From assembly GCA_965224025.1 (NCBI GenBank), contig OZ245033.1:1984001-2048000 (forward strand): 64,000 nt of DNA. Direction: 5' to 3'. Below, piece after piece: positions 28,458-38,413 of this stretch. Position numbers and translations under genes: made by a program. Below the pieces are notes generated by a model that was not told the DNA's origin, ran no database searches, and was given only the letters and a program-made list of their open reading frames with translations. Numbering within the stretch: the stretch's first letter is position 1; the number at the start of each line of letters is the position of its first letter. The DNA is from Candidatus Multivorans sp. (GTDB lineage Bacteria > Acidobacteriota > Thermoanaerobaculia > Multivoradales > Multivoraceae).

Positions 28458-29798
28458 ATGAAGCCCTCGCTGCCGACCGTTCTCGCCGCCGCCCTGGCGT
28501 CCACCGCCATCGCCGCGCCCGCTTCGAGCGCCGAACCCGACGACGTGCGCTCGCGGTGGGAGACCTCCTGCATGATCCGGCACGACAAGTTCGACTACGT
28601 GCTGCCGGGCGCCATGCGCCGCAACGACATCGACATGTGGATCGTCATCGATCGGGGCCGCGGCACCCAGCCGATGACCCGCGACTTCGGGATCGCGACC
28701 GTCAACGGCCAAGGCTTCTTCATCTTCACCGACCGCGGCGGCGATCGCATCGAACGGATCCAGCTCGGCCCCGAGACCGACCTGGCCAGGGAGTGCGGCG
28801 CCTACGACCGGTTCGGCGACCCGGGCGAGTTGCGGTCGATCGTCGAGGAGCGCGATCCGGAGACCATCGGGCTGAACTACCTTGCCGTGCCCTACGAGTC
28901 CGAGGGACTCCACGTCGCGGACGGACTCACGCACACCGACTTCAAGGGCCTCACGAACGAACTGGGCGAGAAGTACGCGTCGCGCTTCACCTCGGCCCAG
29001 CACCTGATCGCCGACTTCCACGGCGAGCGGGTGGCGGGCGAGATCGTCGAGTTCGCGAAGATCGGCGACCTCACGCGCCGGCTGATCGAACGGGCGCTCT
29101 CGAACGAGGTCGTCACCCCTGGCAAGACGACCCACGCCGAGGTCGCCCGCTGGCTGGAACAGAAGCTGCACGACCACAATCTGCTGCGCGCCTGGTACCC
29201 GACCGTCTACAGCCACCGTCCGGACGGCAGCGAGATCGGCGGCACCGAGCGGGTCATCCAGCGTGGCGACGTGCTGCAGATCGACTGGGGCGCCGGCCGG
29301 AACAACTTCTCCACCGACATCAAGCGCTTCGCCTACGTCCTCCGCGACGGCGAGACCGAGCCGCCGCCGGACGTGCTGAAGACGTTCGCCGAATCGAAGA
29401 AGGTGCAGGAGATCATCCGCAAGCACGTCCGCTCCGGACGAACCGGGCGCGAACAGTTCGACGAACTGAAGCAGATCATTCGCGACGCCGGCTACGTCTA
29501 CACCGAGCTCGAAGAGGCGGGCCCCGACGCGCCCGGCATCGAGGTCAACGTCGGGATGCACGCGGCCGGCAACATCGGCCACGACATGGCCGCCAGCCTG
29601 TTCGAGATCTTCCCCGAGCGGACCAAGTACGTCGTCCGCCCCAACTCGATCATCTCGCTCGAGTACATCGTCTTCATGCCGGCCGAGGAATGGGAAGGCA
29701 ACAAGATCCCCATCAACGTCGAGGAGAACGCGCTGATCACGGAGCGCGGGATCGAGTGGCTCCATCCGCCGCAGGCGCGGGTGTTGGTGATTCGGTAG
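28458..29798 (+). CDS. M24-family (Xaa-Pro) peptidase-like secreted protein
   Basis: GDVLQIDWG, TDIKR, HAAG, LEY, VEEN; AAGGAG RBS and signal peptide. Confidence 0.8.
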   Translation: MKPSLPTVLAAALASTAIAAPASSAEPDDVRSRWETSCMIRHDKFDYVLPGAMRRNDIDMWIVIDRGRGTQPMTRDFGIATVNGQGFFIFTDRGGDRIERIQLGPETDLARECGAYDRFGDPGELRSIVEERDPETIGLNYLAVPYESEGLHVADGLTHTDFKGLTNELGEKYASRFTSAQHLIADFHGERVAGEIVEFAKIGDLTRRLIERALSNEVVTPGKTTHAEVARWLEQKLHDHNLLRAWYPTVYSHRPDGSEIGGTERVIQRGDVLQIDWGAGRNNFSTDIKRFAYVLRDGETEPPPDVLKTFAESKKVQEIIRKHVRSGRTGREQFDELKQIIRDAGYVYTELEEAGPDAPGIEVNVGMHAAGNIGHDMAASLFEIFPERTKYVVRPNSIISLEYIVFMPAEEWEGNKIPINVEENALITERGIEWLHPPQARVLVIR

Positions 29799-29858
29799 TG
29801 CGGCGCCGGGCTTGCCGGCTCGCCTGCGAATGGCGAGTCGGCGCGGGCCGCACTACCG
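29793..29858. repeat. Long intergenic hairpin (GTAG-type REP-like)
   Basis: CGGTAGTGCGGC (29793-804)/GCCGCACTACCG (29847-58) plus an inner stem. Confidence 0.55.
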
Positions 29859-29898
29859 GGAACAGTGCCAAACCACAACGGGCCACCAAGACAGAGGG

Positions 29899-31158
29899 GT
29901 GAACTCATGCGCGTGGTTGCTATGGACGCCGTTGGTTCAGGCACAGACGATCAAGGAAGAGACACTCCAGCGGATGCAGAAGCAGATCCGCGACGACAAG
30001 TTCGACCAGGTGCTGCCGCGGGCGATGCGCGACAACGGCGTGGACATGTGGATTCACGTGATCCGCGACCGGAATCCCGATCCGATCGCCCGCAACCTGG
30101 GCGGCGAATCGGGGGTCTTCGTGTTCACGGACCGTGGCGGCGACCGGACCGGACGGGCGATCCTCGGCGGGACCGACGAGGCGCTGTGGGGAGACGAGGC
30201 TTACGACCTGTTCGTGGGCGAGGAAGGCATCGAGGGTGATCCTGGCTGGCAGAACGTCGTCGGTGACTTCGTGGCCGAGCGCGACCCCGAACGCATCGCG
30301 GTCAACTTGGCGAAGCAGAACCCCTTGGCGGACGGAATCTCCCACACGGACTACGAGACGCTGGTGGACGCCCTGGGCGAGAAGTACGCGTCCCGGGTCG
30401 TTTCCGCGGAGGGCGTGATCTCCGACTTCGTGGCAGGCATCGTCGTCGGCGAGATCGCGCTCGCCGGCTACTTCGGAATGCTGACGATGCAGACCCTGGA
30501 CGAGGAGTTCGCGAAGATCGAACCCGGCGTCACCCGGCTGGAGGAGCTCGACGGCAACGTCTTCGTCCGGGACCCGGACGGCAACGAGGACAACAACGAG
30601 TACGTGCTGCAACGCGGCGACCTCATCACGATCCTGAACGGCGCCGGCGAGGGCTGGTTCGTTGCCGACCTCGGGGGCAACGGCTACCTGCTGCGGGAGG
30701 ACGAAACGGAGCTGCCGCCGCGGGTGCAACGGATCTGGGATCACGCGATGCAGGTGCGAGAGATCCTTCGCGTCAACATCCGCATCGGCCCGACGGCGGG
30801 AGAGACTCTGGCGCTGCTCGCCGAGAAGATCGAAGAAGCAGGCTTCCTCTACATCGACAGGGACCAGTACGACGCGACGCTCGATCCCACAAAGACCCAG
30901 GTCCACCTCGACCTCCACGCCCAAGGGCGGCGCGACATGGACGCGCCCCGGATCTCGCCGCTAGGCGGTGACTGGCAGCGGGACATGAAGCTGCCGCTCT
31001 TCCACAGCTTCACACTCGAGTACATGGTCCACATGCCCGTGCCGGAATGGGGCCCCGACAAGCACCTGTACATCGCCTTCCACGACGGCGCGATCGTTAC
31101 GCCGCGCGGGATCGAGTTTCCGTATCCGCCGGACCCGGGGATCCGGCTCATCCGCTAG
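29899..31158 (+). CDS. M24-like paralogue with degenerate metal site; start uncertain
   Basis: DKFDQVLPRAMR..VDMWI, DGISHTD, LRED.TE.PP shared with the upstream gene. Confidence 0.72.
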   Translation: MNSCAWLLWTPLVQAQTIKEETLQRMQKQIRDDKFDQVLPRAMRDNGVDMWIHVIRDRNPDPIARNLGGESGVFVFTDRGGDRTGRAILGGTDEALWGDEAYDLFVGEEGIEGDPGWQNVVGDFVAERDPERIAVNLAKQNPLADGISHTDYETLVDALGEKYASRVVSAEGVISDFVAGIVVGEIALAGYFGMLTMQTLDEEFAKIEPGVTRLEELDGNVFVRDPDGNEDNNEYVLQRGDLITILNGAGEGWFVADLGGNGYLLREDETELPPRVQRIWDHAMQVREILRVNIRIGPTAGETLALLAEKIEEAGFLYIDRDQYDATLDPTKTQVHLDLHAQGRRDMDAPRISPLGGDWQRDMKLPLFHSFTLEYMVHMPVPEWGPDKHLYIAFHDGAIVTPRGIEFPYPPDPGIRLIR

Positions 31159-31161
31159 CGG

Positions 31162-31506
31162 CTAGCCGTCAACTTGGATCAGCAGCCGACAGTGATCGCT
31201 CGCACCCCACCCCTCCACGGAGTTCAACGCGCACGTTCGGATCTTCTCGTGAAAGCCGCGTGAGGCGAACACATAGTCGAGCTGCTTGGTTGCCTGAGCG
31301 GGCTCGCCCTCGTGCGTCGTGTAGAACTTGTACCAGTCCGAGTTCCAGCAGTGAGAGTTCCAATGCCCCTCGGGAATCTCTCCTAGTCGGCGCAGATGGG
31401 GAGTGGAGGCTTCTTGCAGCAGAGCAACGTCGACGTCCATCTCCCGGAGTTGGTCCCACGGCTTCTTGCGTCCCGCGATGTTCCAGCACACTACTCTCGT
31501 CGTCAC
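31162..31506 (-). pseudogene. Endonuclease/exonuclease/phosphatase protein with internal deletion
   Basis: VCWNI, LLQEA, QLDYVF, SDHC within only 114 aa; central GDxN segment absent. Confidence 0.65.
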
Positions 31507-31609
31507 TCGCCCACCTCAAGTCTTGCGTCGATTCTCGTCACTCGACCGTCGCCCGCTCTTTCGCTCCCCACCACCGCAGGCTTTCTCGACCTCCGGCGCG
31601 GTCCCAGCC

Positions 31610-31945
31610 TCAAAGGTCGACCCCGTCTTCGCGGATCGTCCGGCGCATGTCCTCCGTCGCCGACTCGATGGGGATGATGTCGATGTTGAACTCGGTCAAC
31701 TCCTCCGCCTGCGCGGAAACGCTGAAGAAGCTCTCCACCGGAAGACCGGCCACGGCGAGGTCGATGTCCGAGCGCCAGGTAAACCGACGCTCTGGAACGA
31801 ATGCCGAGCCGATGCTGACGACGCGGCTGGCGCCTTGCTGTTTCAGAAACGCGGCGATCTGGCGAGCATCCCTGCGGGCCTTGGCCCTGCGGCCAGGCGG
31901 CAACCTCGTGCGACGGACATGGTCAAGGAGTACACGACGATCCAC
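31610..31945 (-). CDS. Minimal nucleotidyltransferase (MNT), 111 aa
   Basis: IGS...SDIDLAV, IDII; no HEPN partner follows. Confidence 0.8.
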   Translation of the reverse strand: MDRRVLLDHVRRTRLPPGRRAKARRDARQIAAFLKQQGASRVVSIGSAFVPERRFTWRSDIDLAVAGLPVESFFSVSAQAEELTEFNIDIIPIESATEDMRRTIREDGVDL

Positions 31946-32006
31946 CAGGTCCAAGTATAAGTGCGGTCAGGTCACGGACTACGCTCCAACCACCGCCTCG
32001 GACCTT

Positions 32007-32071
32007 CCATCCGTGCGCCCGCGGACAGGCGCACCGACTGGCTGGTGGCGCGACACGCGCCACCGGGGTTC
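32007..32071 (-). repeat. Divergent partial copy of the three-hairpin repeat
   Basis: Reverse complement GAACCCCGGTGGCGCG..CGCGCCACC..GGGCGCACGGATGG matches the copies at 57513 and 61013. Confidence 0.65.
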
Positions 32072-32102
32072 GACGAACGCCTGTTCGAGCGTAGTCAGCC
32101 GA

Positions 32103-33473
32103 TCAGTCGTCGTCGCCCCACCAGCGGCGCAGGCGTTCAGCGATCGCGGCCTCGGAGCCCTGGTCCGACGGTTCGTAGTAGCGGCGACCGGAGAGGCCGG
32201 GCGGAAGGTACTCTTGCTCCTCGAAGTTCCCTTCGTAGTCGTGGCCGTACTTGTAGTCCGCGCCGTACCCCATGCCGCGCATCAGACCGGTGACGGCGTT
32301 GCGCAGGTGCAGCGGCACGGGTTCGTGCGGGGCGTTCCGCACGTCCTCCATGGCGCGGCCCAGGGCCACGTAGGCAGCGTTGCTCTTCGGAGACGTCGCC
32401 AGGTAGACGGTCGCTTCGGCCAGGGGAATGCGGCCTTCGGGCAGCCCGATGAAGTGGACCGCCTGCTGAGCGGCGACGGCGACCGGTAGTGCCCCCGGGT
32501 TCGCAAGCCCGATGTCCTCGGCGGCCAGGATCACCAGGCGTCGGGCGATGAAGAGTGGATCCTCACCGGCCTCCAGCATCCGGGCCAGCCAGTACAGGGC
32601 GCCGTCCGGCGACGAGCCGCGCACCGACTTGATGAAGGCCGAGATCGTGTCGTAGTGGCTGTCGCCGGCCTTGTCGTACTGGGGCGTTCGCCGCTGAAGG
32701 GCGTCCGAGATGGCCTCCATGCCGATGCGCCGCACGCCGTCCTCGCCCGGTTCGGCCGCCACGACCGCCATCTCCAGGGCGTTCAAAGAAACACGGGCGT
32801 CGCCGTTCGCGATGTTCACGAGATGCGCCACCGCATCCTCTTCCAGTTCCGGCGCCAGCAGCGCGAGTCCCCGTTTCTCGTCCTCCAGGGCTCGCCGGAC
32901 GATCCCGGTCATCGCCTCGGCCTCCAGGGCATGCAGAGTGAACACGCGACAACGGGACAGAAGCGGCGCGTTGACCTCGAAGGACGGGTTTTCCGTCGTC
33001 GCCCCGATGAACGTGATCGTGCCGTCCTCGACGTGGGGCAGGATCACGTCCTGCTGCGCTTTGTTGAAGCGGTGGATCTCGTCCACGAACAGGATCGTCG
33101 GACGCCGGTAGAGCGACCGGAGTTCCCGCGCGCCGCTGACGGCGCGGCGCAGGTCCGCCACGCCGGCCGACACCGCGCTCACCGGCTCGAAGTGTGCGCT
33201 CGTTACGGTGGCAATCAGCCGCGCCAGGGTCGTCTTGCCAGAGCCGGGCGGCCCCCAGAACAGGAGCGACGGAACGCGGTCCGCCTCGATCGCCCGCCGC
33301 AGCACCTTGTCCTCGGCCAGGATGTGCTGCTGGCCCACGAACTCGTCGAACGAGGCCGGGCGCATCCGCTCGGCGAGTGGCGCGGTGGCCTTGGTCTGAG
33401 ATTCTCCGGCGTCTTCGAAGAGCCGGCCGCTCCTGGGCTTGCCGGTCAACTGTCGGCGACTCGTCCGCGCCAC
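32103..33473 (-). CDS. rarA: Replication-associated recombination protein A
   Basis: PLAERMRP, GPPGSGKTT, DEIHRFNKAQQD, GATTENPSF, SAFIKSVRGS, VPLHLRNA. Confidence 0.95.
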   Translation of the reverse strand: MARTSRRQLTGKPRSGRLFEDAGESQTKATAPLAERMRPASFDEFVGQQHILAEDKVLRRAIEADRVPSLLFWGPPGSGKTTLARLIATVTSAHFEPVSAVSAGVADLRRAVSGARELRSLYRRPTILFVDEIHRFNKAQQDVILPHVEDGTITFIGATTENPSFEVNAPLLSRCRVFTLHALEAEAMTGIVRRALEDEKRGLALLAPELEEDAVAHLVNIANGDARVSLNALEMAVVAAEPGEDGVRRIGMEAISDALQRRTPQYDKAGDSHYDTISAFIKSVRGSSPDGALYWLARMLEAGEDPLFIARRLVILAAEDIGLANPGALPVAVAAQQAVHFIGLPEGRIPLAEATVYLATSPKSNAAYVALGRAMEDVRNAPHEPVPLHLRNAVTGLMRGMGYGADYKYGHDYEGNFEEQEYLPPGLSGRRYYEPSDQGSEAAIAERLRRWWGDDD

Positions 33474-33513
33474 CCAGCTTCGCTCTCGCGTGCCCCGCGC
33501 ACCGGGCTACAAG

Positions 33514-33606
33514 TCAGAGCCACTGCCGACGGTGGAGATCGAGGTTCCCAAGTTCATTTTCGATCTCGGCTGCTAGCCGGCGTGCGAACGCCTCGTCCAG
33601 CTTCAC
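33514..33606 (-). pseudogene. Probable HEPN/HepT-like partner remnant
   Basis: GTGA overlap with the MNT stop; VKLDEAFARRLAAEIENELGNL, stop after 30 aa. Confidence 0.4.
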
Positions 33607-33938
33607 GGATCGACGCCTTCCTCCAGGATGACCTGGCGCATGGCGTCCGTGGCCGACTCGATCGGGATGATGTCAAGAGCGAAGTCGGTCAACTCCGCCG
33701 TGCCCGCGGACACAGCGAAGAAACAATCCGGCCGAAGACCGGCTACGGCGACATCGATATCGGAGCGCGAGGTGAAGCGGCGGCTCGGAACGAACGCGGA
33801 GCCGCCGCCCACAACGCGGCTGGCGCCATGTTGTCCGAGGAACTCGGCGATCCGCCGCGCATCGTCCAGCGCTCGGGCCCTGCGCTCCGGCGGGAGCCGC
33901 GTTCGGCGGACATGGTCCAGGAAAAGACTACGGTCCAT
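33603..33938 (-). CDS. Minimal nucleotidyltransferase (MNT), 111-aa paralogue
   Basis: GGS...SDIDVAV; colinear with 31610-31945. Confidence 0.8.
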   Translation of the reverse strand: MDRSLFLDHVRRTRLPPERRARALDDARRIAEFLGQHGASRVVGGGSAFVPSRRFTSRSDIDVAVAGLRPDCFFAVSAGTAELTDFALDIIPIESATDAMRQVILEEGVDP

Positions 33939-34099
33939 CGACGCCAAGTATACGGAGGACCGGTCCGGCGGAGGGCCAGCGAGCCTCCGCCTTGCGGATC
34001 GCCTGCCCGGCGCCGACTTCGGCGCCATCGAGCCGGCGCGGAAGTCAGGCCGTGTAGTCGGTCCTCGCGGACTGCTACCCGTCGCCGTGCTTCAGCGCC

Positions 34100-34231
34100 G
34101 CCACGGACAACTACTGCCGGTTCCTCGCCCCGGATCGCCACGAGGTCGCAACCGTTGACCTCTCCCTTGACCTCATAGCCCTGTGCCTTGAGGAACGCCT
34201 TGACCGGCGTGTAGAGGGTCTGTTCGCGCAT
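34100..34231 (-). pseudogene. DUF2161-like PD-(D/E)xK protein N-terminal remnant
   Basis: MREQTLYTPVKAFLKAQGYEVKGEVNGCDLVAIR, then loss of frame. Confidence 0.6.
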
Positions 34232-34791
34232 GCTGGCTAGCAATGTGCCATGAGCGGCTCGCGCATGAGTGCTGGACGCCGAGTATACGATCGGGTTCAG
34301 CACCGTCGACGAAGGAGTTCGAACCCGGGTCGCGGCACCTGCGGAACGCGACCACGGGATTGATGCGCAGCACGGGTCGCAGGTCGTAGGTCATGCGGGA
34401 GGGTCCGTAGCGGCGAGGCTGGAGTCCACACAGACCGGCGCCCGCGCGCCGCAGGTCGCGGTTGCGGAAGCCTTGGGGCAGGAGGCTGAAGTCCGGTCGA
34501 CGCACTCCAGCGTCAACTCCGTATGGCGCGAGAGAACTTCGGCTGCGGATCGTGCCACTTTCGTGGCCGGACTCCGATCGATGGGTTCCGCACCGGCCAG
34601 CATACGGCCACCTTCGCCTCTGAGCGACAGTGAACGCGGCCAACCGCCGCAGAGGGGACAGCGAACGGAGTCCGATCAAACCCCGAACGAACCCGACAAA
34701 CCATGCTCGTCGGTCTGAGGCGAAGCCTCGTTGGCCCTGGATGCGGGAATGGGTTGGATTTCACGCCACGGCCGCGGACAACCGCTGGGCG

Positions 34792-36561
34792 CTAGGGCAG
34801 CGCGAACACGAACAGGTTGTTGCCCGAGCTGGGGCGCAACTCCGGCGTGAGCCCGGCCGAGAGGGCCGCCGACGTGCTACCCGTGCTGGCGACGACGTAC
34901 TGGCGCCCGTCGACTCCGAAGCTGATGGGGAAGCCGGTGACCGGTGAGCCGAGGTTTATCTCCCAGATGCTCTCGCCGGTCTCCTGGTCCAGGGCGCGGA
35001 ACCGGCCGTTGCCGTCGCCGACGAAGACCAGGCCGCCGGCGGTGACGAACAGTGACATCAGCCCCGCGCGCTGCTCGTAGGTCCACAGGGACTTGCCGGT
35101 TTCGGCAGACACGGCGTGGATGGCGCCGCTCAGGTCGGTGCCTTGCGCAATCTGGTGCTCGGCATCCAGGGCGTAGATCGCAAGCCGGCCGGCGCGCGTC
35201 GCCGTCATCAGGGCGCACGAGTTGCGCATCGGCACGTACATCGCGTTCGTCAGCGGGCTGTAGGCGCCGGCCTGCCAGTCCTTGCCGCCGATGTAGGTGG
35301 GGCAGACGTAGGCCTCCTGCCCCAGCTCGCGGAACACGACTTCCGTGTTCTCGGTGACCTTGCCGTCGCCGTCGATCGTGCTGATGACGTTCTGCCTGAT
35401 CGTCGGCCTCGCCCACAGGAACTCGCCGGTTTCGCGGTCGAGGGCGTACACCACGCCCGTCTTGCCGGGAACCCCGGTGATCACCTTGCGCACCTCGCCC
35501 GGCTCCACGCGGGGATTGATCCAGTCGACCGCGTCGGCGTCGGGCGCCACCGCCGTATCGACGAGTAGCCGCTCGAAGGGGTGGTCGAGGTCCCAGTGGT
35601 CGTTGAGGTGCTGGTAGTGCCACGCGATCTCGCCGGTGTTCGCGTCGAGCGCGAGGGTGGAGTTGTGGTACAGGTGCCTGAGATCCCTGCCGCCGAGCAG
35701 GAACTTCGGCGCCGGCGACGTCACCGAGGTGCCGATGTAGATGAGCTCCAGGCCCGGGTCGTAGCTCGGCACCATCCAGGCGCCGACGTGGGTACGATCC
35801 TCGAACGGGATGTCGCCCCAGGTTTCGTTGCCCGGCTCTCCCGGCGCCGGAATCGTGCGGCGCCGCCAGAGTTCGGCCCCGGTCTTCGCGTCGTGGGCGA
35901 CGATGACGCAGGCGTCGGGGCCGCCGCGGGGCAGGCAACTGCGGCCCGAGATCACCTTGCCGTCGGCGATGATCGGGCCGGAGCTCTGCATCGCCGGCTG
36001 GGTCTTATAGTCGAGGATCATCGTCTCCCAGACCAACTCGCCCGTCGCCGCGTCGAGCGCGAAGACGAACTCGTCGACGCTGGTGTCGATGATCAGGTCG
36101 CCGTAGATCGCGATGTTCCGGTTGTTGGCCGCCAGCGAGCCGACCTGCTGGAGGATGTTGTCCGGGTGCTGGCGCCGGTACTCCCAGATGAGGACCCCTT
36201 CCGTGGCGTCGATGGCCTGGATGACGTCGATGGGGTTCGGCATGTACATCACGCCGTCGTAGACGAGCGGCGTCCCCTGCTGGCGGCCGTCGCTCATGCC
36301 GCGGGACCAGACCAACCGCAGGTCGCCTACGTTCTCGGGCGTGATCTGGTCGAGCGGGCTGTAGCCCCAGCCGTCGAGCGTTCGGCGCCACATCAACCAG
36401 TCGTCGTCGCTCGGGTCCTGGAGCATGGCGTCCGTGACCGGCACGAAGTCGCTTCGTTCAGGCGAGCTTGCCGTCTGTGCCTCGGCGACCGGGGTCCAGA
36501 GGACCACCGTCAGGAGGACGGCGAGAAGTGCCGCCTGGAGCAAGAAACCGCGCTGAGTCAC
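34792..36561 (-). CDS. PQQ-dependent dehydrogenase (alcohol dehydrogenase type), secreted
   Basis: VTDAML, GYSPLDQI, DHWDLD, GKTG, GVDGRQYV; GTG start and signal peptide. Confidence 0.87.
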   Translation of the reverse strand: MTQRGFLLQAALLAVLLTVVLWTPVAEAQTASSPERSDFVPVTDAMLQDPSDDDWLMWRRTLDGWGYSPLDQITPENVGDLRLVWSRGMSDGRQQGTPLVYDGVMYMPNPIDVIQAIDATEGVLIWEYRRQHPDNILQQVGSLAANNRNIAIYGDLIIDTSVDEFVFALDAATGELVWETMILDYKTQPAMQSSGPIIADGKVISGRSCLPRGGPDACVIVAHDAKTGAELWRRRTIPAPGEPGNETWGDIPFEDRTHVGAWMVPSYDPGLELIYIGTSVTSPAPKFLLGGRDLRHLYHNSTLALDANTGEIAWHYQHLNDHWDLDHPFERLLVDTAVAPDADAVDWINPRVEPGEVRKVITGVPGKTGVVYALDRETGEFLWARPTIRQNVISTIDGDGKVTENTEVVFRELGQEAYVCPTYIGGKDWQAGAYSPLTNAMYVPMRNSCALMTATRAGRLAIYALDAEHQIAQGTDLSGAIHAVSAETGKSLWTYEQRAGLMSLFVTAGGLVFVGDGNGRFRALDQETGESIWEINLGSPVTGFPISFGVDGRQYVVASTGSTSAALSAGLTPELRPSSGNNLFVFALP

Positions 36562-36838
36562 AGGAAGGTGTGACTCTAGCTGAGTTGTAGCTCGGAGGAT
36601 GGTCGCCGCTTTGCGGCGGGTCTTTTCCCAGAAGCCGGCCAGAGGGCCGGCGCACCTGTACCTTTCCGGGATGCATTCTGGCGTGTCGTTGAGAGAGGTG
36701 GAATGGACCAGTAGCCGTCGTGGCTGCGGTAGCTGTGGGAAACCGGCTTGCCGGTTTTCCAAGGTCCGGCGGGAAACGGTCTGCCGTTTTCCGCCGGACC
36801 GGCAGCTTCCGCAGCCGAGACCGCCGGTCGGTTGCGTC

Positions 36839-37022
36839 TCCGGCCTGCCGGAGTCACTGAAGGAAAGTCGGCAAGCAGCCAGGAGCGACCACCGGCGCAC
36901 TGTGCTTCGAGCACCTGGCTGGGACCCGTGCCCTGGCTGCTTTGCCGCGTTGGACGCCCAGTGGAGAGTCAGTGCCTTAGAGCACCAGTACAGGTACGGG
37001 CAGGCAACGCGGCATGCCGACC
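36839..37022 (+). ncRNA. Putative bridge RNA, copy 2
   Basis: All four guide segments identical to copy 1 (CCGGCGCAC at 36892-36900). Confidence 0.82.
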
Positions 37023-37056
37023 AGGCAACACTACCGCAAGGGAGAAGGAGGACGAG

Positions 37057-38312
37057 ATGATCAGGACGTGGTTCGCCGGCGTGGACTGGGGGTCCGAAAC
37101 CCACCACGTGTGTGTTTGCTGGGTCGGGACGGCAAGGTGAGGGGGGAGCGGGCGTTCGACCACAGCGGCAAGGGACTTGCCGCCATGGCCGACTGGCTCC
37201 TTGGACATGCACGACCGACGCCTCCGGGCGAGATCGGCGTCGCCATCGAGGTGCCGCACGGACCGGTCGTCGAGTGCCTCCTGGAGCGAGGCTTCGCCGT
37301 CCATTCGATCAACCCCAAGCAGCTCGACCGCTTCAGGGACCGCTTCTCCGTCGCCGGCGCCAAGGATGACCGCCGCGATGCACGGGCGCTCGCCGCCGCG
37401 CTTCGCACCGACCCCGAGTGCCTGAACCGCGTGCAACCATCCGATGCCGCCATCGTCATGCTGCGCGAGGTGTCCCGCGCCCGCAAGCAGTTGGTCAACC
37501 AGAAGAACCGCCTGGAGAACCAGGTCCGCGACCAGATCTGGCGCTACTACCCGCAGTTTCTCGCCGTGGTCAAGAACGAGGTGTCGGCGCCCTTCGCGCT
37601 GGCCTTGTGGCGACTGGCGCCGACCCCCGGCAAGGCTCGACGGCTGCGCGAGACCACGCTCGCCAAGCTGCTCAAGGAACACCGCATCCGGCGCCTGACT
37701 GCCGCCCAACTGCGCGATCAACTGCGGGCCGAGCCGATCGCCGTTTCCCCGGACACCGTTAAGGCCGCCGTCGAACACATAGGACTCCTCCGGCCGGTGC
37801 TCGACACCGTCTGCCGCCAACTCGCCGACGCCGACAAGCGGCTGGAGCGGATGACCCGCGCACTCGAGGCCCCGGCCCAACGGGAAAACGACGACGACTC
37901 CCCTAAGCCGAGCGACGCCGCCATCCTCAGGTCGCTGCCCGGACTCGGCAAGGTCGGCCTCGCCACCCTGCTCTCCGAGGCCGATCAAAGCCTGGGCCGC
38001 AGAGACTACGAGGCACTGCGTTGCCTCTGCGGAGTGGCGCCGGTGACCGTCAAGTCCGGCAAGAAGCTCATCGTCATGCGACGACTCGCCGCCAACGAGC
38101 ACCTCAGCGACGCCGTCTATCACTGGGGACGAGTCGCCATCCAGCACGACCCGATCAGCCGCGCCAAGTACGACGCCATGAAAGCCGAAGGCAAGACACA
38201 CGGACGAGCCATCAGACAACTCGTCGATCGACTCCTCGGCGTCGCCTGCGCCATGCTCCGAGACCGCACTCTCTTCGACCCCAACAAGAGAAGCCATGCC
38301 CAGGTCGCATGA
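37057..38312 (+). pseudogene. IS110 recombinase with a +2 frameshift near 37116
   Basis: GTGTGTGT-TT-GCTGG here versus GTGTGTGT-GCTGG in copies 1 and 3. Confidence 0.88.
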
Positions 38313-38413
38313 CCTGCCTGACCCGCAGCAACCTCCCCAAAACACACTTGCTAAAGGGTGGAGAGTCCCAGTTTTCCAGAAGGGCGGCGCAGCCGGCTCC
38401 TGGGGGCCAACTT

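Larger units (their letters stand above)
36655..38368 (+). mobile_element. IS110-family element, copy 2
   Basis: Same ends and target as copy 1; 2 bp longer. Confidence 0.95.
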
